Of a stretch of 64,000 nucleotides of DNA, positions 13,800 through 26,339 are shown piece by piece. This DNA comes from Callorhinchus milii (Eukaryota): the NCBI RefSeq assembly GCF_018977255.1, contig NW_024704742.1, positions 77,006,001-77,070,000 of the forward strand, written 5' to 3'. The translations under genes and the position numbers were made by a program. Under the pieces are notes generated by a model. It saw only the letters and a program-made list of their open reading frames with translations. It had not been told where the DNA came from and did no database searches. The first letter of the stretch is position 1. The number at the start of each line of letters is the position of its first letter.

Positions 13800-14385
13800 G
13801 TGTTCGAGTATGTTTGGGACTGGAATATAAAAGTCAAGAAGTGTATACAATACTGGTCAGACCCCGTTTGATGTATCGTGTGCAGTTTGGGGCACCAAAC
13901 CTCAGGAAGGATATATTGGCCTTCGGGAGCGTGCAGTGTTGATTTACTAGAATGATTCCTGGTGTCAAAGGCCTAAATTATGATGAAAGGATGGAAACGT
14001 TTGATTATATTCACTCAAATTTAGAAGGGTGATGGGTAATCTGATTGAGGTGTATAAAATTATAAAGGTATTTGATAGGCAAAATAATGAGCGATTGTTG
14101 AGAGAATTGAGAATTAGAGACCATAGTCTTAAACTTGAGGTTAAACCATTTAATGTGAAATAAACAATTTTTTAACAGTGGGTGGTGGTGAGTGTGGGAT
14201 TTACTCCCCCAGAAGTTAGTGGAGGCAGAGTCGATTGAAAAATGTAAAAGGCGAATAGATAACAGGGATCGGGGGGTATGGAGAGAAGATGGGGAGGTGG
14301 AACTGGTTTATGGATTGGCCATGATCTTGGAAAGTTTTGTGACAGACTCGATCAGCTGAATGGTGTACTCCTGTTCCTGTGTTCC
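13800..14385 (+). mobile_element. CR1 LINE 3' fragment
   Basis: Decayed RT C-terminus (LVRPRL-Y-VQFGAP...KDILA) and CR1-type 3' UTR ending tactcctgttcct. Confidence 0.85.
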
Positions 14386-14949
14386 TTTGTTTCTTGAACC
14401 CCTGGGATGAATAACACAACTGTTGTAATTAAATGCCTGTTTCCCATCACTTTCCAAAAGCCACTCCTTTCCAAAAGTGTCTCCTTTCAGGAATACAAAG
14501 GAATAATAACAACTTGTATTTATATAGAGCCCTTCACATAGAATAATGTCTTGGAGCTCGTTGGCAGTGGAAGTATTCCAATAAACAGTCAAAGGAGAGA
14601 AGAAATAGCGTGAAGCAAAGAGCGAGACAACAGAAAAGACAAAAACAAACTTCAATAGAGGAAGGCAAAAGATGCGAAAAAAAATTGTCAGGGGAGGAAC
14701 CAAATTCCTTTGCTGCAGAAAAAGCCAAGAATAGAAGACTCCAATTCAGAGTGGATTCTTCAAATTTGTCTGATATTAGCACAGCATCTGTGCTGCAAGA
14801 TAAATTAGTCCAGTTTCCAAACTTTAAAACTGTGGCATGCTATTTTGTTCCTACCAGGTGGGGTCTGGTTTTAAACAAAAAATAGTTGCAGAAAATGAAT
14901 TCTGCTCTACTGCATAATCCAACCTACTGCATTTCTGTGCGACACAACC

Positions 14950-15450
14950 TTTGCCCTAATAAGCTCCACAAGCTTGTCAACCCCATACTTGCCATCTTCA
15001 CTGGCTCCCCATCCCCCAGAGAATTGAGTTTAAAATCCTTGTCCTTGCCTCCAAAGCACTCTATGGTCTTGCTCCATCCTACCTCTGTGACTTCCTCAAA
15101 TCAACCTGACCTACCAATCTGTCCACTCCCTCGGCTCAACGGGTACTGATCTGCTCCATGTCCCCCACCCTATCCGCTCCACAATTGGTAGTCGGGCCTT
15201 TAGCCTTTCTGCACCCACTCTCTGAAACTCCATCCCAGACCGCTTCTGCCTTGCTCCCTACCTTGCCTCCTTCAAGGCCCATCTTAAGACCTTCCTCATC
15301 TCAACACCTTCAGTCATCTTCCCCCTTGCCTGCAACACCTTCCTGACTCCAGCCCACAGCTCGGGTGCAAACCCTTCACTGTCCAGCACCTTGGGATGTA
15401 ATCCCAATATGAAAGATGCTTTATAAATGCAATTTGTTGTTGTTGTTGCT
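14950..15450 (+). mobile_element. L2 LINE 3' fragment
   Basis: Matches 55690-56160 (HWLPIPQRIEFKIL region) with (TTG)n tail. Confidence 0.85.
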
Positions 15451-16667
15451 GCTCCATTGTGTTGCTGAGGACACAGGTTGAGCGTTGCAAAGGCCAACTT
15501 CAAGACAGACACCAGCAAATATTTCTTTACCAGAGAGTAATTAATGACTGGAACAAGTTACTGCAAAGGGTAGTTTGAGGCCAGGACAAATCGATGCTGT
15601 GATGGGAGAAAGGTAGGTGGATGTTTTCGAAGAATGAAATTGGATGGGCCTAAGGGGATTCTTCATCTGAGCTGATCATGTGATCATTTGAACTGTCCTC
15701 CTCATTGGGGAGTAGATATGGTTCATACTGCAGAAAACGGAGGTAATTCATATTCCCATAGCAATCTCTGATTTTTACCATAAAAACAGGATATTACAGA
15801 TGTACACAGATGTTAGAGAGACAAATATTTGGCGTGAGAGGGAAGCAGATGGAACAGGAAAAGGTCAATCATAGGGAAAGATCATATGGGACCAGGAAAA
15901 GGGAATACCTCAAACCAGAATGCCATCAGGTCCGTTTTCCATATCCCTCCCCATATTTCGAGGTAAAATCCCATCAAATATTAGAAGTCCCATAAAGATT
16001 AAAGAACTGGATTACAATATTAAACTCAGTGTGAGGCATCTGTTAAATATTGACAAATGTTTAATTTCAGACAATGTAATACTTTGCAGCACAATAACAA
16101 CTTGAATTTATAAAGTGCCCTTTACATAGGATAAGGTCTTGGAGGCTGTACTTTGCAGCTCAAGTACACAGTGTGATAGTTGCATGGCTGTGGGACGATT
16201 GACTCCTGTCCTCTTTCTTCACCTCCCACACGCCCCACCTGACACATACAAGTTCATTCTCACCCTCGGACACATCACTGTTGAGAAATGTGAGCAAAGA
16301 AGATTAAAGAGAGAGTCCTGTTCTCACACAGGCGCCAGCAGCTGATTGGGTGTGATATTGGTAGGTGTCTGGGAGTTAGTCTTCAATGCCTGGGGACGAG
16401 CGAAATAAATATCTAGACAGAGCTGAATTGCAGACTAATCACAAAAATAATTACCTTTCTGTTTTTCAGGCCTCCAACATCTTGAACTATTAAACTGAAT
16501 TCTGAGTCCTGTTTTTGAGATTTTGATGCATCAACTCAACTCCGCCAGACCGGCCTAAGATTCCTCCAACATCACAGAATTTTGATGGAAAATTGTCTAG
16601 ACTACAGTGAGTGAACACTGCAAGGTGAATTTTGTTCACTTGAGCAGGTTTTGCTGACATAGTCAAA

Positions 16668-16904
16668 ATGAAGCATTACTGGGAGCAGCAGACACTTGGG
16701 TTCTTATTGCTGTTGTGCCTTTGGAAATGTACTGGATCTTCATTCGTGGAAGTGAATCGTGGCATGAGAGTGCCGAAGGGGCAGTCTGTGTTCCTGGCAG
16801 AGGAGGACCTGCAATTCAAGATCCCCAAGGAGAAAGATGCCTGCAAGCTGGAGGTAGTCATCAATGAACCTATTACACAGCGAGTGGGGAAGCTGACACC
16901 TCAG
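16668..16904 (+). CDS. FREM1: FREM1 coding exon 1 (signal peptide [24 protein letters not shown]...KLTPQ); exon probably starts at acceptor 16470
   Basis: ATG 16668, hydrophobic signal peptide, donor CAG|gtaagg (phase 0); upstream acceptor ttctgtttttcag|G. Confidence 0.95.
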
Positions 16905-17946
16905 GTAAGGTGCACCTGTGGGCTTAAATAGTATAAATTGTGTTAGAGTAAAACCCCACTATTTCTACCAGGTAGATTCATTATGGCACAATTTGAGAGT
17001 ATGGACCCTAATGTTTGCTTATCAAAAAGTCCAGAATATGCTTGCCGCTCCTTCAGCACTCCAAAACCAGCAGCCAGGGTGCAGGGAGATAAACAATGGC
17101 TGACTTTCAGGTAGTCAGGAGGTTACTGGAGTCACTTCCTGTGTACTATGCTTTGAAGCACCTATGCAGAAGTATTGACTGACAATCCCGCCCCTTTATA
17201 GCCCTGGATGGAATTTTATGAACAGCAACTATTCGTAATAATGGTGCTCTACCGTAGTAGTTTGACTGCTCCACATCCCCTATTCTTTTCATCCCACCAT
17301 CAGCTGGTGGACTTTCAGCCACTTGGTACCTTCTTGCTAGTATTTCATTCCCAGACCCCTCTGACATGTTCCCTCCCTCCCCTCTTTCAAGGCACATCTC
17401 AAAATGTACCTCTTTGATCACGCTTTCTCGTACTCGTCCCCGTGACCTCCCACCCTCGGTTCTGGTGCCGAGCCAGAATTGGCAAGCTCTTTGGGACATC
17501 CTCCTGACATGAAAGGCTCCATATAAGTGTAAAATGTATTGTATTGTTTAGTCTAACTATTGCATATTTTGGAGTTTTTAAACCATACCACTGGGAGCAG
17601 AAACAACTATCTGAACTATGGTGTTTTTTCATACCGAGATACCGCACATGGTAAGACACATTTGGGATTGTAGTTCTACATTTTGTGTATAAATATAAAT
17701 GTGTAGTCTTATGTCGGTAAGAGTATATTCCTTGTATATTTTACCAGAGCACATTATGAGGTTTAAAAAGCAGTTTAATGTTGTGGTGGGAAGGTGGGGT
17801 GGTTCTGGAAGAATAAGGCAAATGAGCTGAAGGGCCTTCTTCATCCAGGCTAATCTTGTGAGCTGTGCACTTTGTTTCGAACATAATAAAATGGAATATA
17901 AAGTGTGAACTAAATTCCTGCCTATTTATATTTAACTGATGTTCAG

Positions 17947-18041
17947 GTCTTCGATTGCCATTTCCTTCCCAATGAGGTGAAATACACCCACAATGGCTGT
18001 CCCATCCTGAACAAGGACCAAGTCATGCTCAGACTTTACAG
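17947..18041 (+). CDS. FREM1: FREM1 coding exon 2 ([32 protein letters not shown])
   Basis: gttcag| acceptor; GC donor AG|gcaagt, phase 2; absent from ORF track, translated by hand. Confidence 0.93.
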
Positions 18042-18506
18042 GCAAGTAGTGAAAATACTTATTTTTAATATTTAATGCGTCTAATTAGTTTTTTTTCTTA
18101 TTTTCTCCCCATTGCCATCACCTCTGTGCTCCTGGACTGGCCTTGTCTTGCTGGGCTTCAGTTCCACGGATGCTGGTTGCCTTCTGGTGCCCTGCCCAAG
18201 TGTCCCCCGGCCATTGTTGATGTGGGTAAATTTGGCGCTAATTGTCAGCTAATTTTCAAAAAAGTGATCTTTAACATCCACCGAAACAAGCAGGCAGGAC
18301 TTGGTTTACCTTCTCACCTGACACATGGTACCTTTTACAGTACAGGATTCACCCAGCACTGGAAATTCAGCCTAGACTGAGTCTGAAGTCCCGACTTGGG
18401 GCTTGAATGCATCCATTTATCATACAGTGACACATGGCTATAGCAGTGTGTTCTGCTTCCAGCTTTTATTTTGAGCTACCTTTGTGTGCTTTGTCTGTGG
18501 CTGCAG

Positions 18507-18817
18507 GTTTACAGAGACGGAAACCTTCACTGAAACATTCATTCTCAGCATTCAGCTACTGGAGTCTGACTGCAACATCATCCGCCTGGGTTCAACACCA
18601 CTGGAGGTCCCTGAGTTTTACGATTTATCCAACTCCATCGATAGGAACGTACTTACATTCCATTACGACAAGTCAATGAATCTTAACTGCACCGTACGAG
18701 TGGCCACTTCAGAAACTCTTCTTCCAGGATATGGAGAGCTTGTAATAGGAAAGCTGCCAAGAGGAGAGGTCTGGGGTGACCAGCCACACAGCTTTGTACG
18801 GATCAGGCAGAAGTCTA
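18507..18817 (+). CDS. FREM1: FREM1 coding exon 3 (FTETETF...WGDQPHSFVRIRQKS)
   Basis: ctgcag| acceptor, A|gtaagc donor, phase 2 to 1. Confidence 0.93.
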
Positions 18818-19999
18818 GTAAGCTGACTGATTTTGTGACATACATTATTCAATGTAATTTGGCCGAATAAAACTATAGTGGAAGGATCTTAATCGACTTT
18901 CAATGCCAGTGCCTTTGTTTTCAACCTAATTCAGGGAAAGGAAATCAAATACTCATTACAATGAGGCAAATTGAAGGACCACAGGAAACCAGCAACAGTA
19001 ATCCCAGTGGAGCCCACAGGAACCTTCAATGAGATCAACCTTTGCTGGCATCTGACTAACCAAAGCTTGCCACCTGTGAGCCTCGATCCAATGCTGCAGA
19101 CTCAGTTTCTCAGAACTTCTCACTGAGAATAGCGATGTGGGGGGAGAGAAAGAGGGCTGGAGGTCTAAGTGAAACATTCATTAGAGAGGTACATGGCGTG
19201 CATAGAATCATAGAATCTTACAACATAGAAGGAGGCCACTCAGCCCATCTTGCCCGTGTCAGCTCTTTGAAAGAGCTATCCAACTAGTCTTACTTCCATG
19301 GGTCTACATCTGGCTCTATTTGACTTGCTTAATTGTGGCCCACCACATTGTTTACAATACCTACCTGAAGGGAATGAGATCCAATCAGCTAAACATGGTT
19401 AAAGCAAGTTCATACAATTCCTCAACAAAAGTATGAGGTGGAGATGCCATATTCCAACGTCCTATCCAGCAGAGGTGGATTATTCCCTTTCCTAGTTCAG
19501 GATCTCTGAGGGATAATCGTAGCTTTGCTCCTGACACTGCCTGAGATCAGCTAATTCAGTGAAGGTTCAGGGATTAAATATATGATTCAATTCCACAATG
19601 GGCACTGGCTTTAACAACTTAGCTACCAGGGAAATCTCAACTGTATGTTAATAGGAATAGGTAAATGGAATTAGAGGAGATAGCTCTCGTGGGGGAGCTC
19701 ACACCAGATTTCTGAGCAGAAAACGATAGGCCAAATGTAGGGTTCTGGTATTTATTGTACATTCAAACTTAGTAACTCCTTCAAGCAGATTCTTTCAGTA
19801 ATGTAGGTGTAATCATATTGATTGTATTTCAAAAACATTAGCAACTTCACTGAAGTTTTACATGGTTTTATGCTGATTGGTTCTTTGTTTGACAAGACAA
19901 TCTAACCTGTTTTGTAGAAAAGGGGCACCAAAGTTGTAAGAAATGCCAATGTAGCAATTTGGTCAAAATGTATATTTAAAGGGAAAAACAAAACAAAAA

Positions 20000-21260
20000 T
20001 TCCACTCTCTCAGGACCAATCCTGACACCATTGTCAAACCTGCTGACAAGGGAGGTGCTGTCATAGGCTGGCGGAAGGACCTCTACCTGGCGGAAGCTGA
20101 ACGCCAATTCTCTGACAACTCCTCCTACCTCCCCCTGGACCATGACCCCACAACTGAACACCAAGCCATCATCACCATGACAGACAATGACCTCATCTCC
20201 TCTGGGGAGATTCCTCCCACAGTCTCCAACCTTATAGCGCCCCCAGCCATGCATAGCCCACCTCTGGACTCCACTTTTGCTCCTTTTGCCCATGCCCTAC
20301 CTACCTACATCCGTGATTCTTCTGACACCCTCCGCTACTTCAACAATTTCCAGTTCCCTGGCCCTGACCGTCTCCTATTTACAATGGACGTTCAGTCCCT
20401 CTAAACCTCCATCCCCGGCCTGCAGGCCCTCCACTTCCACCTCAAACAGCGGCCTAACCAGTCTCCATCCACCATCACCCTCCTCCACCTGGTTGAGCTT
20501 GTCCTGACATTGAACAACTTCACCTTCAACTCCAAAACAGTTTCTCCAAGTAAAAGATGTCACAATGGGAACCCGCATGGGTCCGGGCTACACCTGTCTG
20601 TTTGTTGGCCACCAGGAACACTCTTTGTTCTGGACCTACTCAGGTCCACTCCCTGACCAGTTCCTCAGGTACATCGCCGACTGTGTTGGGGCTGCTTCCT
20701 GCTCTCGCAGTGAGTTGGAAAAATTCACCCATTTCACTTCCACCTTCCACCCCTCCATAACGTTCACATGGTCCATCTCTGACTCTTCCCTTTCTCGACT
20801 TCACTATTTCCATCTCAAGGCATAGATTATCAACAGAACAGCACCTCATTTATCTGCTAGGGACCTTGTAGCCCTCTGACCTCAATAATGATTTCAACAA
20901 TTTCAGACCATAACAGCTCCCCCTCCCCCTCTTCTGTGACCATTACCACTCATCTGCGTCCCAGACAGACCTTTTCTCTCCCTGATCTGCCTGTTTTGCT
21001 GCAAGTTCTTCACCCCCTTTTATTTTGCATCATTAACACCTCTTTAATCCATCATCTCCTGTCCTCTACCCCATTTTCTCCTTTGTCTTCCTTGTTCTGA
21101 CTCCCCCCCTCTCTGTTAGCCCTTAAAAGCCTCTCCCTCCCAATATGCCCCAGTTCTGAGGAAGGGTCGTGGACCCGAAACGTTGACTCACTTTCCTTTC
21201 CCCATAGATGCTGCCTGACCTGCTGAGTGTTCCCAGCGACTTCTGTTTTGTTTCTGTACA
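20000..21260 (+). mobile_element. Decayed Penelope-like retroelement (RT, internally deleted GIY-YIG region, 3' terminal repeat)
   Basis: RT motifs KPADKGGAV, LFTMDVQSL, MGTRMGPGY, FLRYIAD; C-terminus EQHLIYLLGTL; 3' end ctgaggaagggtc..gacccgaaacgtt...gatgctgcctgacctgctgag. Confidence 0.85.
21152..21188 (+). ncRNA. Minimal type-I hammerhead ribozyme-like motif in the Penelope terminal repeat
   Basis: AGUU-CUGAGGA-A-GGGUC/GACCC-GAAAC-GUU-GACU. Confidence 0.55.
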
Positions 21261-22064
21261 TTTAAAGGGATTCATCCTATTATGTGTACATGTGGTAAAG
21301 GTTGCTACACTTAGTAGCAAGAACAATTTTACTCCCCACAGAAACTAGGCTGGATAGGAAAGGTTCCAAAAATGGAAGTTGGATATATGAGACCTTTAAT
21401 CTTTAAACAAAATATAGTCAAAATGCAAGCACTGTTCATTAAATCAACACAAATAAACCAAAGAATCTAATGACTGATCATGATTGTTTCTCACTATTTG
21501 ACTTTGGAAAGTAAAGGTAATGGTGGTGGCACTTTGCTATTGAGAGTGCTTGTAATGCTCATGACCCCAGCTGACCCCAAGGTCACAGAGCATGAGTGAA
21601 ATAACTCACCCATAAATAATCTCTTAGCTCACACTCGTGTAATTCTCAGTAATAAAACCCCTCATTAAGCAGTGGCTTATAACTGGTGCACTCTGACCTG
21701 TATGGGCTATGAACAAATAGTTTCTGGTGCTCTCCACAAGCCGACAAAGACCTTAGTGCTAATTAGTCAATGAGGGCCCCTTACAGGCGAAATACATGAT
21801 GGGATGAATGCTGAAGTGTCCAAGCAGAACACACACGTTGCTCTTTTGCTTTGCATGAATATGTAAAACTTTAATGCCATGGCTCTTCTCTGCGGTCCAC
21901 CAAAATAGTATTAATTAACGTTCAACCAGATAACACTAACCATAAGGATTCATTGGGATAAATCATTGTAAATCTACTGGGAGCTTGATGAGTGCTTTTC
22001 CACAAAACGCTTTGCTCGCGTAATGGGATTGATGGCTGTGATTTGTAGGTGCTCTATTTATCAG

Positions 22065-22264
22065 GACGTTTTTGTCTTATGTCAGAATGGAGACTAGGAT
22101 CAAGCCACGAGGACCTCAAGCAGATTCATACATTCAAAGTGAGCTGTGACGAATTCCTTATGATGGGACTTCGCTACCACCACCTCAGTCCCCCTTCTCC
22201 TGATGTAGACTACATTGCAATTGGCTTGGAACTTGTTGACAGCAGAAGCAAAAATGTGCACAAG
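22065..22264 (+). CDS. FREM1: FREM1 coding exon 4 (...[27 protein letters not shown]...NVHK); start ambiguous, 22065 or 22086
   Basis: Two in-phase AG acceptors 21 nt apart; donor AAG|gtaaat phase 0. Confidence 0.88.
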
Positions 22265-23612
22265 GTAAATACAATTCCACAGAGGCCAGGGGTTCACTTT
22301 CTTTTGTGAACCTCTCATTATAATAGGTGTTGAATATTGTATTTTGTGTTACAAGGTTATGGTTTTATGAACTTAGATAAAATCCAGCTATGACTTAACC
22401 CCATCAAATACTTTTGAGGCATCCTCCTGACATGAAAGGTGTTATGGAAATGTTATTGTATATTCCATTGTATTATAAATTAATTGACTTGCAGAGAATA
22501 ATATATTTCTCTTTAGTCCATTCCTATTCCCCAAAGCCTTGCCAAGATGGTAAATTGACTTAAATGTTGAGAGAATTGCCTTACCAGGAGGAGATAGCTT
22601 TGTTGGGTCAGATGGGTGTCTGACACAATCAGAAACCCCTCCAAGATCACCATAATGGGTTGACTCTGACATTCCATAGCAAAGCATAAGGTCACCTTGG
22701 AGCCAGCTCAGTTCCAAGGAGACTCCTTTATTTCCAGGATAGTATCAAGCTCAGCTATGGTGAGGGGACCAGGGCCTCAGCGTACCAGTAAGTAGTCAAT
22801 ACCCTGCTCTGTTTAGCTGCTTTTCCCCCTTACACTATTATATTTCTTCTTTGGAAAAGGAGAGCCTTGGAAAACTGAAAAATACAAGTGAATGCAAGAC
22901 TGCAGTAAGGAATTTGTGTTACTAAATGAATTATTCAACTCTAATGTAATTGATGTTCAGAATCATTTTCCTCTTCTTAGTTACTTAAAGCAACAAACTA
23001 TCACCCAAGCACAGTGCTGCCAGTGGTAATGGTGAGACAGGGAGTGGAACACAATATGGGGTATTTCTTGTGTTTGTGTGACATTCATCCAGTATAGTCC
23101 TGTTACATAACCAAATTTACTTGCCTCTGATGGCATCTTCAGGATATTAATAAATACAAGGGACAGGAGGCTTACCAGTACCTTCCCCTGAGGTACCCCA
23201 TTTATTACCTCTTCCGAATTTTGACCAAACAACTACCTGCTGCTTCCTTCCCTTCAGTCAATTCTAAATGCAGGTCAGGAGCAGCTCCGCTGGATGTATT
23301 GTAAAACATTGTGTATTTTGTGGACAAACACTGTAGGGATAAGTAAGATTTTAGTTTAAAAAAAATGTAAATCAGGGTGTATTGTTTCTTTTGTTTTAAA
23401 AACAAAATTGCATTAGATTGAAAATGTAAGTCGAAAAGCATTATGTTTGAATGACTATGTAAGTGTGACGTGTGGTAAAAGTTTCTTTAAAAATAACTGA
23501 GTGTAAGCTCTGGAAAAAAAACATTTTCTGTTTTTAATGCAGTGATGTTGGATTTTGTGTGAAATTCCTTCTGTAGCAGAGCAATTTGCATTTCCCTGTC
23601 TTTCTCTTGCAG

Positions 23613-23935
23613 ACAGAGAATATTTGGATCCCAGTCAGAATCAGGAATGCTTTTCCCAACCAACCCCCAAAGGCCACTTTCATGGCTATGTTCATCCTGG
23701 AGGTGGATCAGTTTATCCTGACTTCCTTGACAACGGGGACCTGGATGGTGAGGATAGCGAGACCCCTAAGGCCCAGCTTGTGTTCAATGTAACCAGACCA
23801 CCTCCGCAGGGCTACATCACTCACTTGTCCGACCACACCAAGCCAATCACGTCATTCACCTGGAGCGACCTGAATGAGCTGCTCATAGCATATCAGCCCC
23901 CAAACAGCAGTCACACTGAGAGAAGGAACTACGAG
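23613..23935 (+). CDS. FREM1: FREM1 coding exon 5 (TENIWIPV...[12 protein letters not shown]...ERRNYE) with apparent 1-nt frameshift
   Basis: Phase 0 at both ends but 323 nt long; FREM1-like sequence switches from ORF 23586..23792 to ORF 23555..23959 near 23735-23741. Confidence 0.92.
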
Positions 23936-25449
23936 GTAGGTTGTGTAACATGCCAGTGAGCTGCTGGCTGAAGTGAAGTACCATTTTCCCTTTTGAGAGT
24001 CTCCCATTCTCTTTGTGTTCTGCCTTTTGATAAATACTTTGCATAGGAATTACAGTACTTCAGCCCACTCATGTCATGGGTTACATTAATGTCCCATGAA
24101 GATTTTGTTGGGAAACCCCTTTACTTAGAAAAGAATAAACTGAGAAAGAGATGAGCTCTTTCTACAAAACTATAATAATAATCCTTGTATTTGATATAAT
24201 ACCTTATCAAGCCTTCACAGCATTTACAGCAATTTTTTAAATCTGTAGTGACTGTATTTTGTAACCAAAACTAAGATAAGGTCTGCTCAATAGTATGGAG
24301 CAAAGCTTAAATCCTTTGCTGCAATAGGTCTCGTCTGACTGTTGGCTAACTTCAGGATTCACTACCCTCTGTTCTGTCGAATCGATTTCCACAGAACCTT
24401 TTGGTCAGTCACGTGCTTTACAACAAATGTCTTCTAATTCCTGCACATTATTGATTCCCAATTGAACAGCACAAACTAATTCTCTCTACACTTACAGTTA
24501 TCTTATTACATTCCGGTTACGTAAATTATATTTTAATATTAATAGCCAGTTCATGTTTTAATATTAAAGTGGCCATGATCCTTTTGCTGAGAAAGAAAAA
24601 TATAAGAGCCTTTAAGTTTTTGTTTCCTAATGTCACTGTGCAACACAATGTCATTTGCATATTATGTTATAATCTTTAACAAGGAAGCTGGTCAAATTTT
24701 TCCCTCTCTTTCCCCCCCAGCCCCCTTCTGCCCATGTATTTCTAAGTGATTTCTCCTTTTACCCTTTCCACACTGAATCTAGGAACAAGCTGTAGGAAGT
24801 ATTGGAGCTCCGGTACCTCAGTCAAATGCAAATAAGAGTTGAGCCATTCAATTGAGCCAGGATCTTGGATAGCTTTTGTTTAAAACTGTTTTTAGTTTTA
24901 TAATATTAGTTGCAATTTATTCATTGGAGTCGAGAGATTAATTTTTCTATGATACTGTAATTTTTCAAACCTTACAAGGATTTTATAAAGAATGTACAGC
25001 ACGAACACAGGCCTTTCAGCCCAACCAGTCTATGCTGATGTTTGTACTCCATATGAATCTCCAACCAAGAAACTATGTACCTTCTTTGTCCCATTCTCCA
25101 GCAGTAGCATTAGAACAGAATAGGTGGATTGGCCTCACGGATTGGGCATTGAGTGTGCTGTATGTGATCTGAAGAAACCACTCTTTAACTGGAATTTCCA
25201 TATATGTCCAGCTTGTTTAATCTTGTGCTGAACTCTACTCTTCAATACACAGAATGTCACAGAATACACTACACAAATGTCAGCATATTCCAGCCATTCT
25301 TAGCTTCCTCTGATGGGTGCTGAAGCTGTTGATCTCTGTATTAATAATAAAAATAATCCTTGCAATTGGTATAGCGCCTTATCACGTCTTTGAGACATCT
25401 CAAAGCACTGTACTGAAGCTTTGACATCGACTGTGTGTTTCCCAAACAG

Positions 25450-25558
25450 GTAGAGTTCGAAGTTCACGACTTCTACTTCAGGAACAGTGCACCAATTTTG
25501 GTGCATATCTCAATAAGGACGGCTGATACCAACTCTCCCAGAGTATCCTGGAACATGG
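25450..25558 (+). CDS. FREM1: FREM1 coding exon 6 (VEFEVHDF...SPRVSWNM)
   Basis: aacag| and G|gtgagt, phase 0 to 1. Confidence 0.94.
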
Positions 25559-26207
25559 GTGAGTTTGTATCTGGTCAAACTCCCCCATGTATAATCAAGA
25601 TGTTTTTTGGGGGGTGTGGGGGGAAGAGACAAAGAGGCTTTCAATTTCATAGTTGACCCCATACTCTTAACCTTAACAACTCTTAACAATACTCCAAATA
25701 AAATTCCTCATTCACTTCATCACTGTTTGTGGGATATTGCTGTGTACAAATTGGCTGTCTCATTCTCGCACAAAACGTATGACTTTACAGTATATCTTGT
25801 GAATCGCTTTAGGGCATGTGAACGCCACTAGACCCAATTCTTTTCATTACTAAACAGTTGTTGCAAAAATTTAAGATGACATAGAATTTTGGAAAATTCT
25901 TAAATTCAGTCTTAATTAAAAGTCGTTTTCCCACGCTTTTTTAAAAAAGTGTGAGGAATTCTGGGCCTCTAATGTCACAAGTTCATTGCATTTAATCCCT
26001 TGTTGCTTAAATCTATCATCAGGTTTCCTTGTTGCCTTCTCCTGGTTGCTAGTACAAAGATCTTCTCCACATCTAACTAGAACCTGCAACCAAAAATGTG
26101 GTTTTGTTAAATTAATCCACAACTCATACAGTGCTCATGGTAATGAGAAATTCTGTCCTTGGTTTTCCTGGCTTGAGTTTTTATGCTGGTTATTTCTTTG
26201 TCTTTAG

Positions 26208-26339
26208 GACTTAATCTACTGGAAGGCCAGTCCCGATTGATTACCTGGGAGCAGCTCCAGATCGTGGACAATGATGACCTCAGTGCTGTCCGTCTGATCA
26301 CTGTGGAGGGCCTGCAGCATGGACGACTTACAGTAAGAG
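26208..26339 (+). CDS. FREM1: FREM1 coding exon 7 ([24 protein letters not shown]...GRLTVR)
   Basis: tctttag| and G|gttaat, phase 1 to 1; translated by hand. Confidence 0.94.
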
